DNA from: Occultella glacieicola
GTDB taxonomy: Bacteria > Actinomycetota > Actinomycetes > Actinomycetales > Beutenbergiaceae
Assembly (NCBI RefSeq): GCF_004353825.1
Contig: NZ_SMNA01000015.1
Coordinates: 1-64,000 of the forward strand
Direction: 5' to 3'
Length of the DNA: 64,000 nt
Below are positions 47,893 to 57,818 of the stretch, in pieces (the first letter of the stretch is position 1; each line of letters starts with the position of its first letter). Under the pieces are notes generated by a model. That model saw only the letters and a list, made by a program, of their open reading frames with translations. It ran no database searches and had not been told where the DNA came from. The position numbers and the translations under genes are program-made.

Positions 47893-48750
47893 ATGTCCCA
47901 GCCAGAGCCGCGTCGTCGCGGAGGCCCCGCGGTCCGTGCGGAGGTGGTCTCCGCCGAGAACGTCACCCCACACATGCGCCGGGTGGTGCTCTCCGGCCCC
48001 GGCGGCGAGCCGTTGCCGATCGAGTTCAGCGGCCTGACCGACGCCTACGTGAAGCTGGTGCTGCCGCGACCCGGCTCCGGCGTCCGTGAGCCGTTCGACG
48101 TCGACGAACTCAAGGAGACGCTGTCCGCCGAGCAGTGGCCGGTCCTGCGCACGTACACGATCCGCGCCTGGGACGCCCAGACCGGACGGATGACCCTCGA
48201 CTTCGTGGTCCACGGCGATGAAGGGATCGCCGGGCCGTGGTCCGTGGCGGTCGAGCCGGGCGACCAGGTCCAGTTCCGTGGGCCCGGCGGTGGGTACGCG
48301 CCCGATCCCGCAGCGGACTGGCACCTGTTGATGGGGGACGAGAGCGCGCTGCCCGCGATCGCGGCCGCCCTCGAGGCGATGCCGACCGACGCTCCGGTGC
48401 GCGCATTCATCGAGGTGTCCGACCCGGCCGAGGAGCAGCCGCTGCTGACCGCCGCGCAGGCGCAGGTGCGGTGGATCCATCGGGACACCTCGCCGCGTCC
48501 GCCGGGGGTGGAGCTGGTCGAGGCCGTGCGGGAACTGGAGTTCCTGCCCGGGCGGGTGCAGGCGTTCGTGCACGGCGACGCGGACGTGGTCCGGGAGATC
48601 CGCTCCCACCTGCGCTTCGAGCGCGAGATCCCGACGGCGGACCTGTCGATCTCCGGCTACTGGCGCCGCGGCCTCGACGACGAGGGCTGGCGGGCCGCCA
48701 AGCGGGAGTGGAACGCCGCCGTGGACGCCGAGGAGACCGCGCACGCCTGA
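47893..48750 (+). CDS. Siderophore-interacting protein (ViuB family)
   Basis: DAYVKL, RTYTIR, DFVVHG, GDESALPAI, SISGYWR. Confidence 0.93.
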   Translation: MSQPEPRRRGGPAVRAEVVSAENVTPHMRRVVLSGPGGEPLPIEFSGLTDAYVKLVLPRPGSGVREPFDVDELKETLSAEQWPVLRTYTIRAWDAQTGRMTLDFVVHGDEGIAGPWSVAVEPGDQVQFRGPGGGYAPDPAADWHLLMGDESALPAIAAALEAMPTDAPVRAFIEVSDPAEEQPLLTAAQAQVRWIHRDTSPRPPGVELVEAVRELEFLPGRVQAFVHGDADVVREIRSHLRFEREIPTADLSISGYWRRGLDDEGWRAAKREWNAAVDAEETAHA

Positions 48751-48763
48751 CAAGCACGCGAGT

Positions 48764-48791
48764 GGAATAGGGCCCGGGTGCCGGACGGTTG
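48764..48791 (+). promoter_or_regulatory. SigR/SigH-type ECF promoter
   Basis: GGAAT-N19-GTTG, ending 8 nt before GTG 48800. Confidence 0.6.
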
Positions 48792-48799
48792 AGCCGGGC

Positions 48800-49828
48800 G
48801 TGAGCACACGCAAGAACATCGGCTTCCTCTCCTTCGGGCACTGGACCCCGCACCCCACCTCCGAGGTCCGGACCGCCTCCGACGCCCTGCTGCAGAGCAT
48901 CGACCTCGCCGTCGCCGCCGAGGAGGTCGGCGCGGACGGCGCCTACTTCCGGGTGCACCATTTCGCCCGGCAGCTCGGTTCGCCGTTCCCGCTGCTGGCC
49001 GCCGTCGGCGCCCGGACCAGCCGCATCGAGATCGGCACCGGCGTGATCGACATGCGCTACGCGAACCCGCTGGCGTTCGCCGAGGACGCCGGGGCCGCCG
49101 ACCTGATCGCCGGGGGCCGGCTCCGACTCGGGATCTCCCGCGGGTCACCGGAACAGGTCATCGACGGTTGGCGCCATTTCGGGTTCGTCCCGGCCGACGG
49201 CGAGACGGACGCGGACCTGGCCCGGCGGCACACCGAGGCGGCGCTCCGGGCGCTCGCCGGTGAGCAGTTCGCCGAGCCGAATCCCCGGCCGATGTTCCCG
49301 AACCCGCCCGGCCTGCTGCGGATCGAGCCGTACTCGCAAGGTCTGCGGCAACGGATCTGGTGGGGTGCCGGCTCGGACGCCACTGCCCGTTGGAGTGCCG
49401 AGCAGGGCATGAACCTGATGTCCTCGACCCTCAAGTTCGACGAGTCCGGCGAGCCGTTCCACGTCCAGCAGCGCAAGCAGATCGAGGCGTACCGCGGTGA
49501 ATGGGCCCGCCACGACCACGGGTTCGAACCACGGGTGTCGGTGTCCCGGTCGATCTTCCCGATCGTCGACGACCGCGACCGCCGGTACTTCCTCGGCACC
49601 GGCGAACGCGCCGACCAGTTCGCCCAGCTCGACGGTGGCCGCGCCGTGTTCGGCCGCACCTATGCCGACGAGCCGGACGCCCTGGTCGACCAGCTGCGCG
49701 GGGACGAGGCGATCGCCGAGGCAGACACGCTGCTGCTGACGGTGCCGAACCAGCTCGGGGTCGACTACAACGCACACGTCCTGGAGTCGGTCCTCACGGA
49801 CGTCGCCCCCGCACTCGGCTGGCGCTGA
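48800..49828 (+). CDS. LLM-class flavin-dependent oxidoreductase
   Basis: FRVHHF, IEIGTGVIDMRY, LGISRGS. Confidence 0.9.
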   Translation: MSTRKNIGFLSFGHWTPHPTSEVRTASDALLQSIDLAVAAEEVGADGAYFRVHHFARQLGSPFPLLAAVGARTSRIEIGTGVIDMRYANPLAFAEDAGAADLIAGGRLRLGISRGSPEQVIDGWRHFGFVPADGETDADLARRHTEAALRALAGEQFAEPNPRPMFPNPPGLLRIEPYSQGLRQRIWWGAGSDATARWSAEQGMNLMSSTLKFDESGEPFHVQQRKQIEAYRGEWARHDHGFEPRVSVSRSIFPIVDDRDRRYFLGTGERADQFAQLDGGRAVFGRTYADEPDALVDQLRGDEAIAEADTLLLTVPNQLGVDYNAHVLESVLTDVAPALGWR

Positions 49829-49846
49829 CGACCCCTGGCCGGCGCG

Positions 49847-51032
<1,186 letters not shown>

Positions 51033-51042
51033 GGTGGTGAGA

Positions 51043-51157
51043 CTAAGCGGGCTCGACCCGCAGCGTCGTCGCCGTGGCGACGGCGTTCGTGGTCGCGGCG
51101 ACGGCGTTCTCCGGCCGCTTCGACCGCGGCCAGGTCGGCAGGGCTCCAACCGGTCAT
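51043..51157 (-). pseudogene. Collapsed DUF2255-like gene
   Basis: ATGA-coupled start with GGAGGAG RBS reads MTGWSPADLAAVEAAGE. An out-of-frame end reads ATATTLRVEPA*. Total length 115 nt. Confidence 0.55.
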
Positions 51158-51888
51158 GTCTCCTCCGTACCGGTCGCGGGCGCGACCTGGTCGAGCGCGC
51201 GCAACGCGTTGAGCGCGCGCGGGTAGCCCACCAGGGGCAACAACTGGGTGAGGACGGCGATCATCAGCGCACGATCGTTGCCGACCCGCAGGTTCGCCCG
51301 CACGTGTGCCGCGACCTGCGGGTCCGCGCCGCCGAGGGCGACCAGGATCGCGAGGGTGAGCAGTTCCCGGTCGGGCAGGCCGATGCCGTCGCGGGTGTAG
51401 TGGTCGCCGAAGCAGTGCGCGGACAGGTACCGCTGGATGTGGGCGGTGTCGGCCGGTGCGCCGGCGTACATGGCGTCCACGGCGTCGTCACCGACGAGGC
51501 GTTTCTGGACCCGGAGACCGAGCTCGGCGCGGTCCGCGGCGGTCGTGGTCGCCTGCCCGGGCAGCGGCAGGGTGACGTCATGCGCGAGGAGGACCTCGTT
51601 GACGACGGCGACCGCCTCGTGAGCCCGACCGAGGCCCACGTAGGGGACGGCCTGGTAGGTGACCTCCTTGATCACGACGGCGGGGACGCCGTCGTGCAGC
51701 GCCTGCGCCAGCCGCAGCCGGAGGTGACGCCAGGCGCCGACGGCGATCAGGGCACCGAGTTCCACGATCGCCCTGGTCGTGGTGGGCAGCGGCGCGTCAC
51801 GCTGGACCTCGAGCGCGAACGGCTGGGTGATCGCGAGCAGGTCGGGGTCGGTGCCGGCGAGCTCGTCGCGGAGGTCGGTGGGAGTCAT
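51154..51888 (-). CDS. Carboxymuconolactone decarboxylase family protein (two CMD domains)
   Basis: QAVPYVGL, HCFGDHYTR, RELLT, HVRANL, VGYPRALNA. Confidence 0.85.
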   Translation of the reverse strand: MTPTDLRDELAGTDPDLLAITQPFALEVQRDAPLPTTTRAIVELGALIAVGAWRHLRLRLAQALHDGVPAVVIKEVTYQAVPYVGLGRAHEAVAVVNEVLLAHDVTLPLPGQATTTAADRAELGLRVQKRLVGDDAVDAMYAGAPADTAHIQRYLSAHCFGDHYTRDGIGLPDRELLTLAILVALGGADPQVAAHVRANLRVGNDRALMIAVLTQLLPLVGYPRALNALRALDQVAPATGTEET

Positions 51889-52922
51889 GGGCGCACCAGT
51901 ACCTTGAGCGCCTCGCGGGAGTCCATCAGCCTGTAGGCCTCGGCGATGTCCTCGAGCGAGGTCTCCGCGTCGAAGACGGCGCCGGGATCCAGGCGCCCGT
52001 CGAGCACCCGGACCAGGGCGTCCTCGAGGTAGGCCCGCACGGGTGCGGGGCCACCGTTGAGGGTCGCGTTCTTGCCGAACAGCGATCCGAACCCGACCGG
52101 GGCGTCCTCGTACTGGGGCACGCCGACCCGGGAGATGACCCCGCCGGGGCGGAGCACGCCGTAGGCCTGCTCGTAGGCGGGCATCAGTCCCACGGCCTCG
52201 AGAACGACGTGGCTGCCCTCGCCGCCGGTCAGTTCGACGACCCTCGCGATGCCCTCCTCGCCGCGCTCGGCGACGACGTCGGTCGCGCCCCATTCCCGTC
52301 CGAGGTCGGTGCGCGCGGTGTGTCGGCCCATCAGGATGATCCGCGCGGCGCCCATCTGCTTGGCGGCCAGGACCGCGGACAATCCGACCGCGCCGTCCCC
52401 GATCACGGTCACGGTCTGGCCCGGGCTCACCCGGGCCATGAACGCGGCGTGGTAACCGGTCAGGTAGACGTCGGCGAGCGTCAGCAGCGCGGGCAGGAGA
52501 TCCTCGTCGACGGCGGGGGGCAGCTTCACGAGGGTGCCGGCGGCCTGGGGGACACGGATCTTCTCGGCCTGGGCGCCGCCGGTGTCCCAGTTCCCGTAGA
52601 AGCCGCCGTGCGGGCAGGCGGTGTGGAAGCCGTCCCGGCAGATCGGGCAGGTGTTGTCGGCCCAGGCGAACGGGGAGATCACCAGGTCGCCGGGCGCCAG
52701 GTCGCGCACGTCGGCGCCGACCTGATCGACGACGCCGATGAACTCGTGGCCCATCGGCTTTCCGGTCTCGTCCGCGGGCATCGAGTGGTACGGATGGAGG
52801 TCCGAGCCGCAGACGCAGGCCAGGGTGACCCGGACGATCGCGTCGGTCGGTTCGAAGATGCTGGGTTCGGGGACGTCGACGACGCGGACGTCGCCGGCGC
52901 CGAACATGACTGCTGCTCGCAT
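51885..52922 (-). CDS. Zinc-dependent alcohol dehydrogenase
   Basis: CVCGSDLH, GHEFIG, CPIC...C, GDGAVG. Confidence 0.93.
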   Translation of the reverse strand: MRAAVMFGAGDVRVVDVPEPSIFEPTDAIVRVTLACVCGSDLHPYHSMPADETGKPMGHEFIGVVDQVGADVRDLAPGDLVISPFAWADNTCPICRDGFHTACPHGGFYGNWDTGGAQAEKIRVPQAAGTLVKLPPAVDEDLLPALLTLADVYLTGYHAAFMARVSPGQTVTVIGDGAVGLSAVLAAKQMGAARIILMGRHTARTDLGREWGATDVVAERGEEGIARVVELTGGEGSHVVLEAVGLMPAYEQAYGVLRPGGVISRVGVPQYEDAPVGFGSLFGKNATLNGGPAPVRAYLEDALVRVLDGRLDPGAVFDAETSLEDIAEAYRLMDSREALKVLVRP

Positions 52923-53026
52923 CAGCGGGGGTGTCTCTCGTGGTCGTGCATCGCCACGGCGTCGTTGAGCGCGAGGGGTGGGGGCTGGGGTCATGGCATC
53001 CATGACACACCCGGGCGTCCGCCCGT

Positions 53027-53064
53027 GGGAGTTCCTGGTGTTCCAGGTACCGGCAGGACCTCCC
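53027..53064. promoter_or_regulatory. Inverted repeat, candidate operator of the MmyB-like regulator
   Basis: GGGAGTTCCTG-N16-CAGGACCTCCC (1 mismatch) in the divergent intergenic region. Confidence 0.6.
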
Positions 53065-53096
53065 TTCCGGCCGCTCCCGGTCGTACCGTCATACCC

Positions 53097-54026
53097 ATGG
53101 ACCTGAAGGCCGAGACCCGGGAGTTCCTGGCGACCCGGCGGGCCCGGATCACGCCGGACCGTGCCGGGCTGCCCGCCTACGGTGGCAACCGCCGAGTGCC
53201 GGGGTTGCGCCGCGAGGAGGTCGCGATGCTCGCCGGCGTGAGCGTGGACTACTACACGCGGCTGGAGCGGGGGAACCTCGGGGGTGTGTCCGAGGAGGTG
53301 CTCGAGGCCCTGGCCGAGGCTCTGCAGCTCGACGATGCCGAACGGCTGCACCTGTTCGACCTGGCCCGGGCCGCGAGCGCTTCGGGCGCGGCTCGCTCAC
53401 GTGCCCGCCGGACCCCGGCGCCGACGCTGCGGCCGTCGGTCCAGCGGGTCCTGGACTCGATGGTGGCGACGCCGGCGTTCGTGCGTAACGGTCGGCTCGA
53501 TGTGCTCGGCATGAACCTGCTCGGCCGAGCCCTGTACGCGCCGATGTACGACTCGCCCGCGCGCGAGGCGAACGAGCCGGTCAACACCGCACGGTTCCAC
53601 TTCCTCGACCCGGCCGGCGCCCAGAAGTTCTGGGGCGAGCGGTGGCAGAAGACGGCACATGACGCCGTCGCCATCCTGCGTGCCGAAGCGGGACGCAACC
53701 CCTACGACCGGGACCTGACCCAACTCGTCGGGGAACTGTCCACCCGCAGTGAGGACTTCGTCCGCCTGTGGGCCTCGCACGACGTACGCCTGCACCTGAG
53801 TGGGACGAAGGTGTTCCACCACCCCGCCGTCGGGCGCCTCGAACTCGACTACGAGGCCCTGCCGCTGCCCGCGGACCACGGCCTGCAGATGAATGTCTAC
53901 ACCGCGGCCCCGGGCTCGCCGTCGGAGGACGGGCTCAGGCTGCTCGCCTCCTGGGCGGCGACCATGCTCACCGCCGCCGAGGCGGTCCCCGACGCTGCCC
54001 CGACGAAGGAGTCTGGCTGGACCTGA
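53097..54026 (+). CDS. XRE/MmyB-family transcriptional regulator
   Basis: RRVPGLRREEVAMLAGVSVDYYTRLERG, HHPAVGRLEL. TACCGT lies 7 nt before the ATG. Confidence 0.93.
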   Translation: MDLKAETREFLATRRARITPDRAGLPAYGGNRRVPGLRREEVAMLAGVSVDYYTRLERGNLGGVSEEVLEALAEALQLDDAERLHLFDLARAASASGAARSRARRTPAPTLRPSVQRVLDSMVATPAFVRNGRLDVLGMNLLGRALYAPMYDSPAREANEPVNTARFHFLDPAGAQKFWGERWQKTAHDAVAILRAEAGRNPYDRDLTQLVGELSTRSEDFVRLWASHDVRLHLSGTKVFHHPAVGRLELDYEALPLPADHGLQMNVYTAAPGSPSEDGLRLLASWAATMLTAAEAVPDAAPTKESGWT

Positions 54027-54055
54027 TCGTCACGCCGCAGGAGGGTGACCAGCGG

Positions 54056-54352
54056 ATGACGGTGGGCCTGGTCAGGTTCGCGCCCGGGGCGCGCACCGCC
54101 TGGCACTCCCACGCCCGCGGGCAGTACCTGCACGTGGTGTCCGGCGTCGCGCTGACCGGGACCCGCGACGGTGAGGTACTGCGGGTGTCGGCCGGCGAGA
54201 CGGCCTATTGCGCCCCGGATGAGGAGCACTGGCACGGAGCCGGCGCGACGGGGTTCATGGAGCACCTGGCGATCACCGAGGGCGCCGACGACCCGGAGCA
54301 GACCACGGTCTGGCTCGAGCACGTCACCGACGAGCAGTACGCCGCGGGCTGA
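54056..54352 (+). CDS. Cupin domain protein, apparently N-terminally truncated
   Basis: FAPGARTAWHSH..GQ.L, EEHWHGA, MEHLAI. Family-like VWLDLI continues upstream inside the regulator tail without its own start. Confidence 0.65.
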   Translation: MTVGLVRFAPGARTAWHSHARGQYLHVVSGVALTGTRDGEVLRVSAGETAYCAPDEEHWHGAGATGFMEHLAITEGADDPEQTTVWLEHVTDEQYAAG

Positions 54353-54369
54353 CCGGTAGCCTGCCCGTC

Positions 54370-55209
54370 GTGGAGTTCATGACGATGGGCGACGGCGCCC
54401 GCCTGGCCACGTGGACCGTGTCGGCTCCCGGGCCGGGTTCGTGCCGCCCGCCCGTGATCCTCGTGCACGGCGGCCCGGGTCTGTGGGACTACCTCGAGCC
54501 GCTCGGCCACCTGCTCGGCGGGCTGTGCACCGTGCACCGCTACGACCAGCGTGGGTGCGGGCGCTCCTCGGCATCCGAGGAGCTGACCATGCAGCGCTAC
54601 GTCGCCGACCTTGAGGAGTTGCGGGTCCGGTTCGGGCACGAGCGGGTCGTGGTCGTCGGGCACTCGTTCGGGGCCACCCTCGCCCTGGCCTACGCGGGCA
54701 CGCATCCGAAGAGGGTGGCCGGGCTCGGCTACCTCGACGGCACCGGCATCGGTGACTGGCGCACCGCCTACCGCGCCGAGCGGGACCGGCGGCGGGCACC
54801 GTGGGCGTCGCGGTTCGCCGACCTCGACGGCCGTGACCGCACCCACGCCGAGGAGGTCGAGTGGCGCCGGATCTCCTGGGCACCCGACTACGCCGACCCG
54901 CGCGCCGGCTACGACCTCGCGCTGGAGATGGCACGCGCTCCAATGCCGATCAACCACGTCGCGAACCGGAGCCTGATGGCCTTCGGCGACGCCGACCAGA
55001 TCGGCTGGGCGACCGCCGCGACGTGCCCGATCACGTTCGTGCACGGCACCGCCGACCCCCGGCCGGCGGCGAACGTCAGCGACCTCGCCACCTACGCCCA
55101 CCGGCCGCGTAGGCGCGTGGTCGACGGCGCCGGTCACCTGCCCTGGCTGGAGCAGCCGGAGCGCACGCGCGAGATCCTCGAAGAGATCGTGCTGACCGCC
55201 GACCCGTGA
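54370..55209 (+). CDS. Alpha/beta hydrolase (proline iminopeptidase-like)
   Basis: HGGPG, YDQRGCG, GHSFG, HGTAD, GHLPW. Confidence 0.88.
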   Translation: MEFMTMGDGARLATWTVSAPGPGSCRPPVILVHGGPGLWDYLEPLGHLLGGLCTVHRYDQRGCGRSSASEELTMQRYVADLEELRVRFGHERVVVVGHSFGATLALAYAGTHPKRVAGLGYLDGTGIGDWRTAYRAERDRRRAPWASRFADLDGRDRTHAEEVEWRRISWAPDYADPRAGYDLALEMARAPMPINHVANRSLMAFGDADQIGWATAATCPITFVHGTADPRPAANVSDLATYAHRPRRRVVDGAGHLPWLEQPERTREILEEIVLTADP

Positions 55210-55237
55210 CCCCGGGTGTCGCAGCGTCGACACGCTG

Positions 55238-55253
55238 TCGAATGTATGTTCGA
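55238..55253. promoter_or_regulatory. LexA (SOS) box
   Basis: TCGAAT-GTAT-GTTCGA, 8 nt before ATG 55262. Confidence 0.8.
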
Positions 55254-55261
55254 ATGGGTGG

Positions 55262-56317
55262 ATGCGATGGGAAGCGCGGGAACTCACGGCGACCGACGAC
55301 GCGGCCCTGCTGCCGCTCAAGGGTCTGGTGCGTAGCGTCCGCACCCCGGAGTTCGCCGGTGTCACGTTCCACGAGGTGCTCTGCCGCAGCGCCCTGAACA
55401 AGGTGCCCGGCGTCTCCGAGATGCCGTTCGGGTGGACGATCAACCCGACCCGGGGCTGCCTGCACCGGTGCACCTACTGCTTCGCCCGGAAGACCCACGA
55501 GTACCTCGACCTGGACTCCGGCGTCGACTTCGACACCCAGATCATCGTCAAGACGAACCTCGTCGAGGTGCTCCGCAAGGAACTCGGCCGGCCGTCCTGG
55601 AAGCGCGAGCACGTGGCCCTGGGTACGAACTCCGACCCGTATATGCGCGCCGAGGGCCGCTACCGGCTGATGCCCGGCGTGATCCAGGCGCTCGCGGCCT
55701 CGGACACGCCGTTCTCGATCCTGACCAAGGGCCCGCTGCTCAAACGCGACCTGCCGCTGCTGGTCGACGCCGCGCAACGGGTCGAGGTCGGCGTCGGGGT
55801 GTCCCTCGCGTTCGCCGACCCGGAACTGCAGCAGCGCGTCGAGCCGGGCACCCCCACCCCGAAGGCCCGGCTCGACCTGGTCCGGGCGATCACCGACGCG
55901 GGCCTGGACTGCACCGTGATGGCGATGCCGATCCTGCCCTGGCTGACCGACTCCGACGCCCATCTCGACGCCCTGTTCGGAGCCGTCGCGCAGGCCGGCG
56001 CCACCTGGATCACCGCCGGCGCCCTGCACCTTCGCCCCGGCGCGCGCGAGTGGTTCCTGGCCTGGCTCGGCCGCGACCACCCGGACCTGGTGCCCCGCTA
56101 CCGGGTCCTGTACGAGGGTGGATCGTACGTCTCGCAGGAGTACCGCGCCTGGCTCTCGGGCCGGTTGCGGAGCGCCAGGCTCCGGCACGGTTTCGTCTCC
56201 CGGCCCGGCCGGGAGAACCGCCAGTTCCCCCTGCGCGGGAGCACGCCCGACGGCGTTGCCTCCTCGGTCCCGAGTGTTGTCTCGAGCGTGGGTCAGGAGC
56301 AGTTGGCGCTCTTCTAG
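55262..56317 (+). CDS. Rv2578c-family radical SAM protein (SplB-like)
   Basis: NPTRGCLHRCTYCFAR (CxxxCxxC), GTNSDPY, ILTKG, VEPGTP. Confidence 0.9.
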   Translation: MRWEARELTATDDAALLPLKGLVRSVRTPEFAGVTFHEVLCRSALNKVPGVSEMPFGWTINPTRGCLHRCTYCFARKTHEYLDLDSGVDFDTQIIVKTNLVEVLRKELGRPSWKREHVALGTNSDPYMRAEGRYRLMPGVIQALAASDTPFSILTKGPLLKRDLPLLVDAAQRVEVGVGVSLAFADPELQQRVEPGTPTPKARLDLVRAITDAGLDCTVMAMPILPWLTDSDAHLDALFGAVAQAGATWITAGALHLRPGAREWFLAWLGRDHPDLVPRYRVLYEGGSYVSQEYRAWLSGRLRSARLRHGFVSRPGRENRQFPLRGSTPDGVASSVPSVVSSVGQEQLALF

Positions 56318-56338
56318 TCGACTCCTGGAGGCGGCTGA

Positions 56339-56545
56339 TCTCGGCGGGTCAGTGAGCCCGAACGTTCGACTTGGCCGTCGCAGATCAAGGCGAGTCGGGC
56401 TGAAGCCGGGCGGCTCGAGCGGGAGGCCTCCGATCTGGCCAGGGCACTGGCCCGTGACCTGGTCGCGGCCGACGTGCCGCTGCGCGACGTGGGGGAGGTC
56501 CTCGGCGTCTCGTATCAGCGCGCGCACCAGTTGGCATCGAGGTGA
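56339..56545 (+). pseudogene. 3' remnant of a HicB-like antitoxin/HTH gene
   Basis: QIKASRAEAGRLEREASDLARALARDLVAADVPLRDVGEVLGVSYQRAHQLASR*. No in-frame start before the HTH; an in-frame TGA sits at 56336-56338. Confidence 0.55.
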
Positions 56546-56627
56546 GCTCCAGGAGGCGCGCCGGCGCCGGCCAGCGCACAAACTGTCGGCTCATCGGGCT
56601 CGTTGTCTCCTATGGCACCCTGATCCG

Positions 56628-57818
56628 ATGAGGGTCTCGAACCGCGCGCAAGTCCCCCCGTTCGAGGTGATGAGCATCCTGGACCGGGTCGCCGGGCTCC
56701 GGGCCCAGGGTCGGGACGTGATCTCCCTGTGCGCCGGCGAGCCCAGCGGCGGTGCCCCCATCGACGTGAACGCCCGCGCCGCAGCCGCGTTCGCGAACGG
56801 CGACGACCTCGGCTACACGAGCGCGCTCGGGCTACGGGAGCTGCGGGACGCCGTCGCCGGGCATTACCGGCGCTGGTACGGGCTGGCCGTCGAGCCGCAC
56901 GAGGTCGCGATCACCACCGGCTCGTCGGGGGCGTTCGTGCTCGCATTCCTGGCCGCGTTCGACGCCGGCGACCGGGTCGCCCTGGCCAGCCCCGGGTATC
57001 CCGCCTATCGCAACATCCTGACCGCACTCGGCTGCGAGGTGGTCCAGGTCGAGTGCGGTCCCGAGCACCGGTTCCAGCCCACCCCCGAACTCCTCGAGGG
57101 GGCCGGACCGCTCGACGGGTTGATCCTCGCCTCGCCCGCGAACCCCACCGGCACGATGGTCAGCCGCACCGAGCTCACCGCGCTGACCGACTGGTGCCGC
57201 GGGAACGGGGTCCGCCTGGTCAGCGACGAGATCTACCATGGCATCACCTACCCGGCCGACCGGGCGGGGTTGACGGGGCCCGACTCCCGCGGCGTCTGCG
57301 CCTGGGAACTGGACCGTTCCGGCGTCGTCATCTCCTCGTTCTCCAAGTACTGGGGGATGACCGGATGGCGGCTCGGCTGGGCGCTCGTGCCCGCGGACCT
57401 GCGCACCGCCGTCGACGCCCTCGCCGGGAACGTCGCCCTGTGCCCGCCCACGCCCGCCCAACGGGCCGCCGTCGGGGCGTTCACCGAGAGCTCCTACGCG
57501 CAGGCGGACGCCCGCGTCGCCTCGTTCGCGCGCACCCGCGCGGTGCTGCTCGAGCAGGTCCCGCGGCTCGGCTGGGGCCCGGTCGCCCCCGCGGACGGCG
57601 CCTTCTACCTCTACGCCGGGCTCGGTGAGCGGCTAGGCCGGTACCCGGACTCGACGGCGTGGTGCCGGGCTCTGCTCGAGGAGGCCGGGGTGGCCGCGGT
57701 CCCGGGCAGCGACTTCGACCCGGCGCGCGGGCACGACTACGTGCGGCTGTCCTTCGCGGCCGGGCCGGACGCCGTCGCCGAGGCGGTCGAACGGATCGTC
57801 GGGTTCCAGGGTGGCTGA
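56628..57818 (+). CDS. PLP-dependent aminotransferase class I/II
   Basis: SPANPTG, SDEIYHG, SFSKYWGMTGWRLG. Confidence 0.93.
   Translation: MRVSNRAQVPPFEVMSILDRVAGLRAQGRDVISLCAGEPSGGAPIDVNARAAAAFANGDDLGYTSALGLRELRDAVAGHYRRWYGLAVEPHEVAITTGSSGAFVLAFLAAFDAGDRVALASPGYPAYRNILTALGCEVVQVECGPEHRFQPTPELLEGAGPLDGLILASPANPTGTMVSRTELTALTDWCRGNGVRLVSDEIYHGITYPADRAGLTGPDSRGVCAWELDRSGVVISSFSKYWGMTGWRLGWALVPADLRTAVDALAGNVALCPPTPAQRAAVGAFTESSYAQADARVASFARTRAVLLEQVPRLGWGPVAPADGAFYLYAGLGERLGRYPDSTAWCRALLEEAGVAAVPGSDFDPARGHDYVRLSFAAGPDAVAEAVERIVGFQGG

Noticed and set aside
56359..56368. CGAACGTTCG palindrome as a third LexA box
   Set aside because: The half-sites lack the 4-nt spacer and no intact gene start follows.
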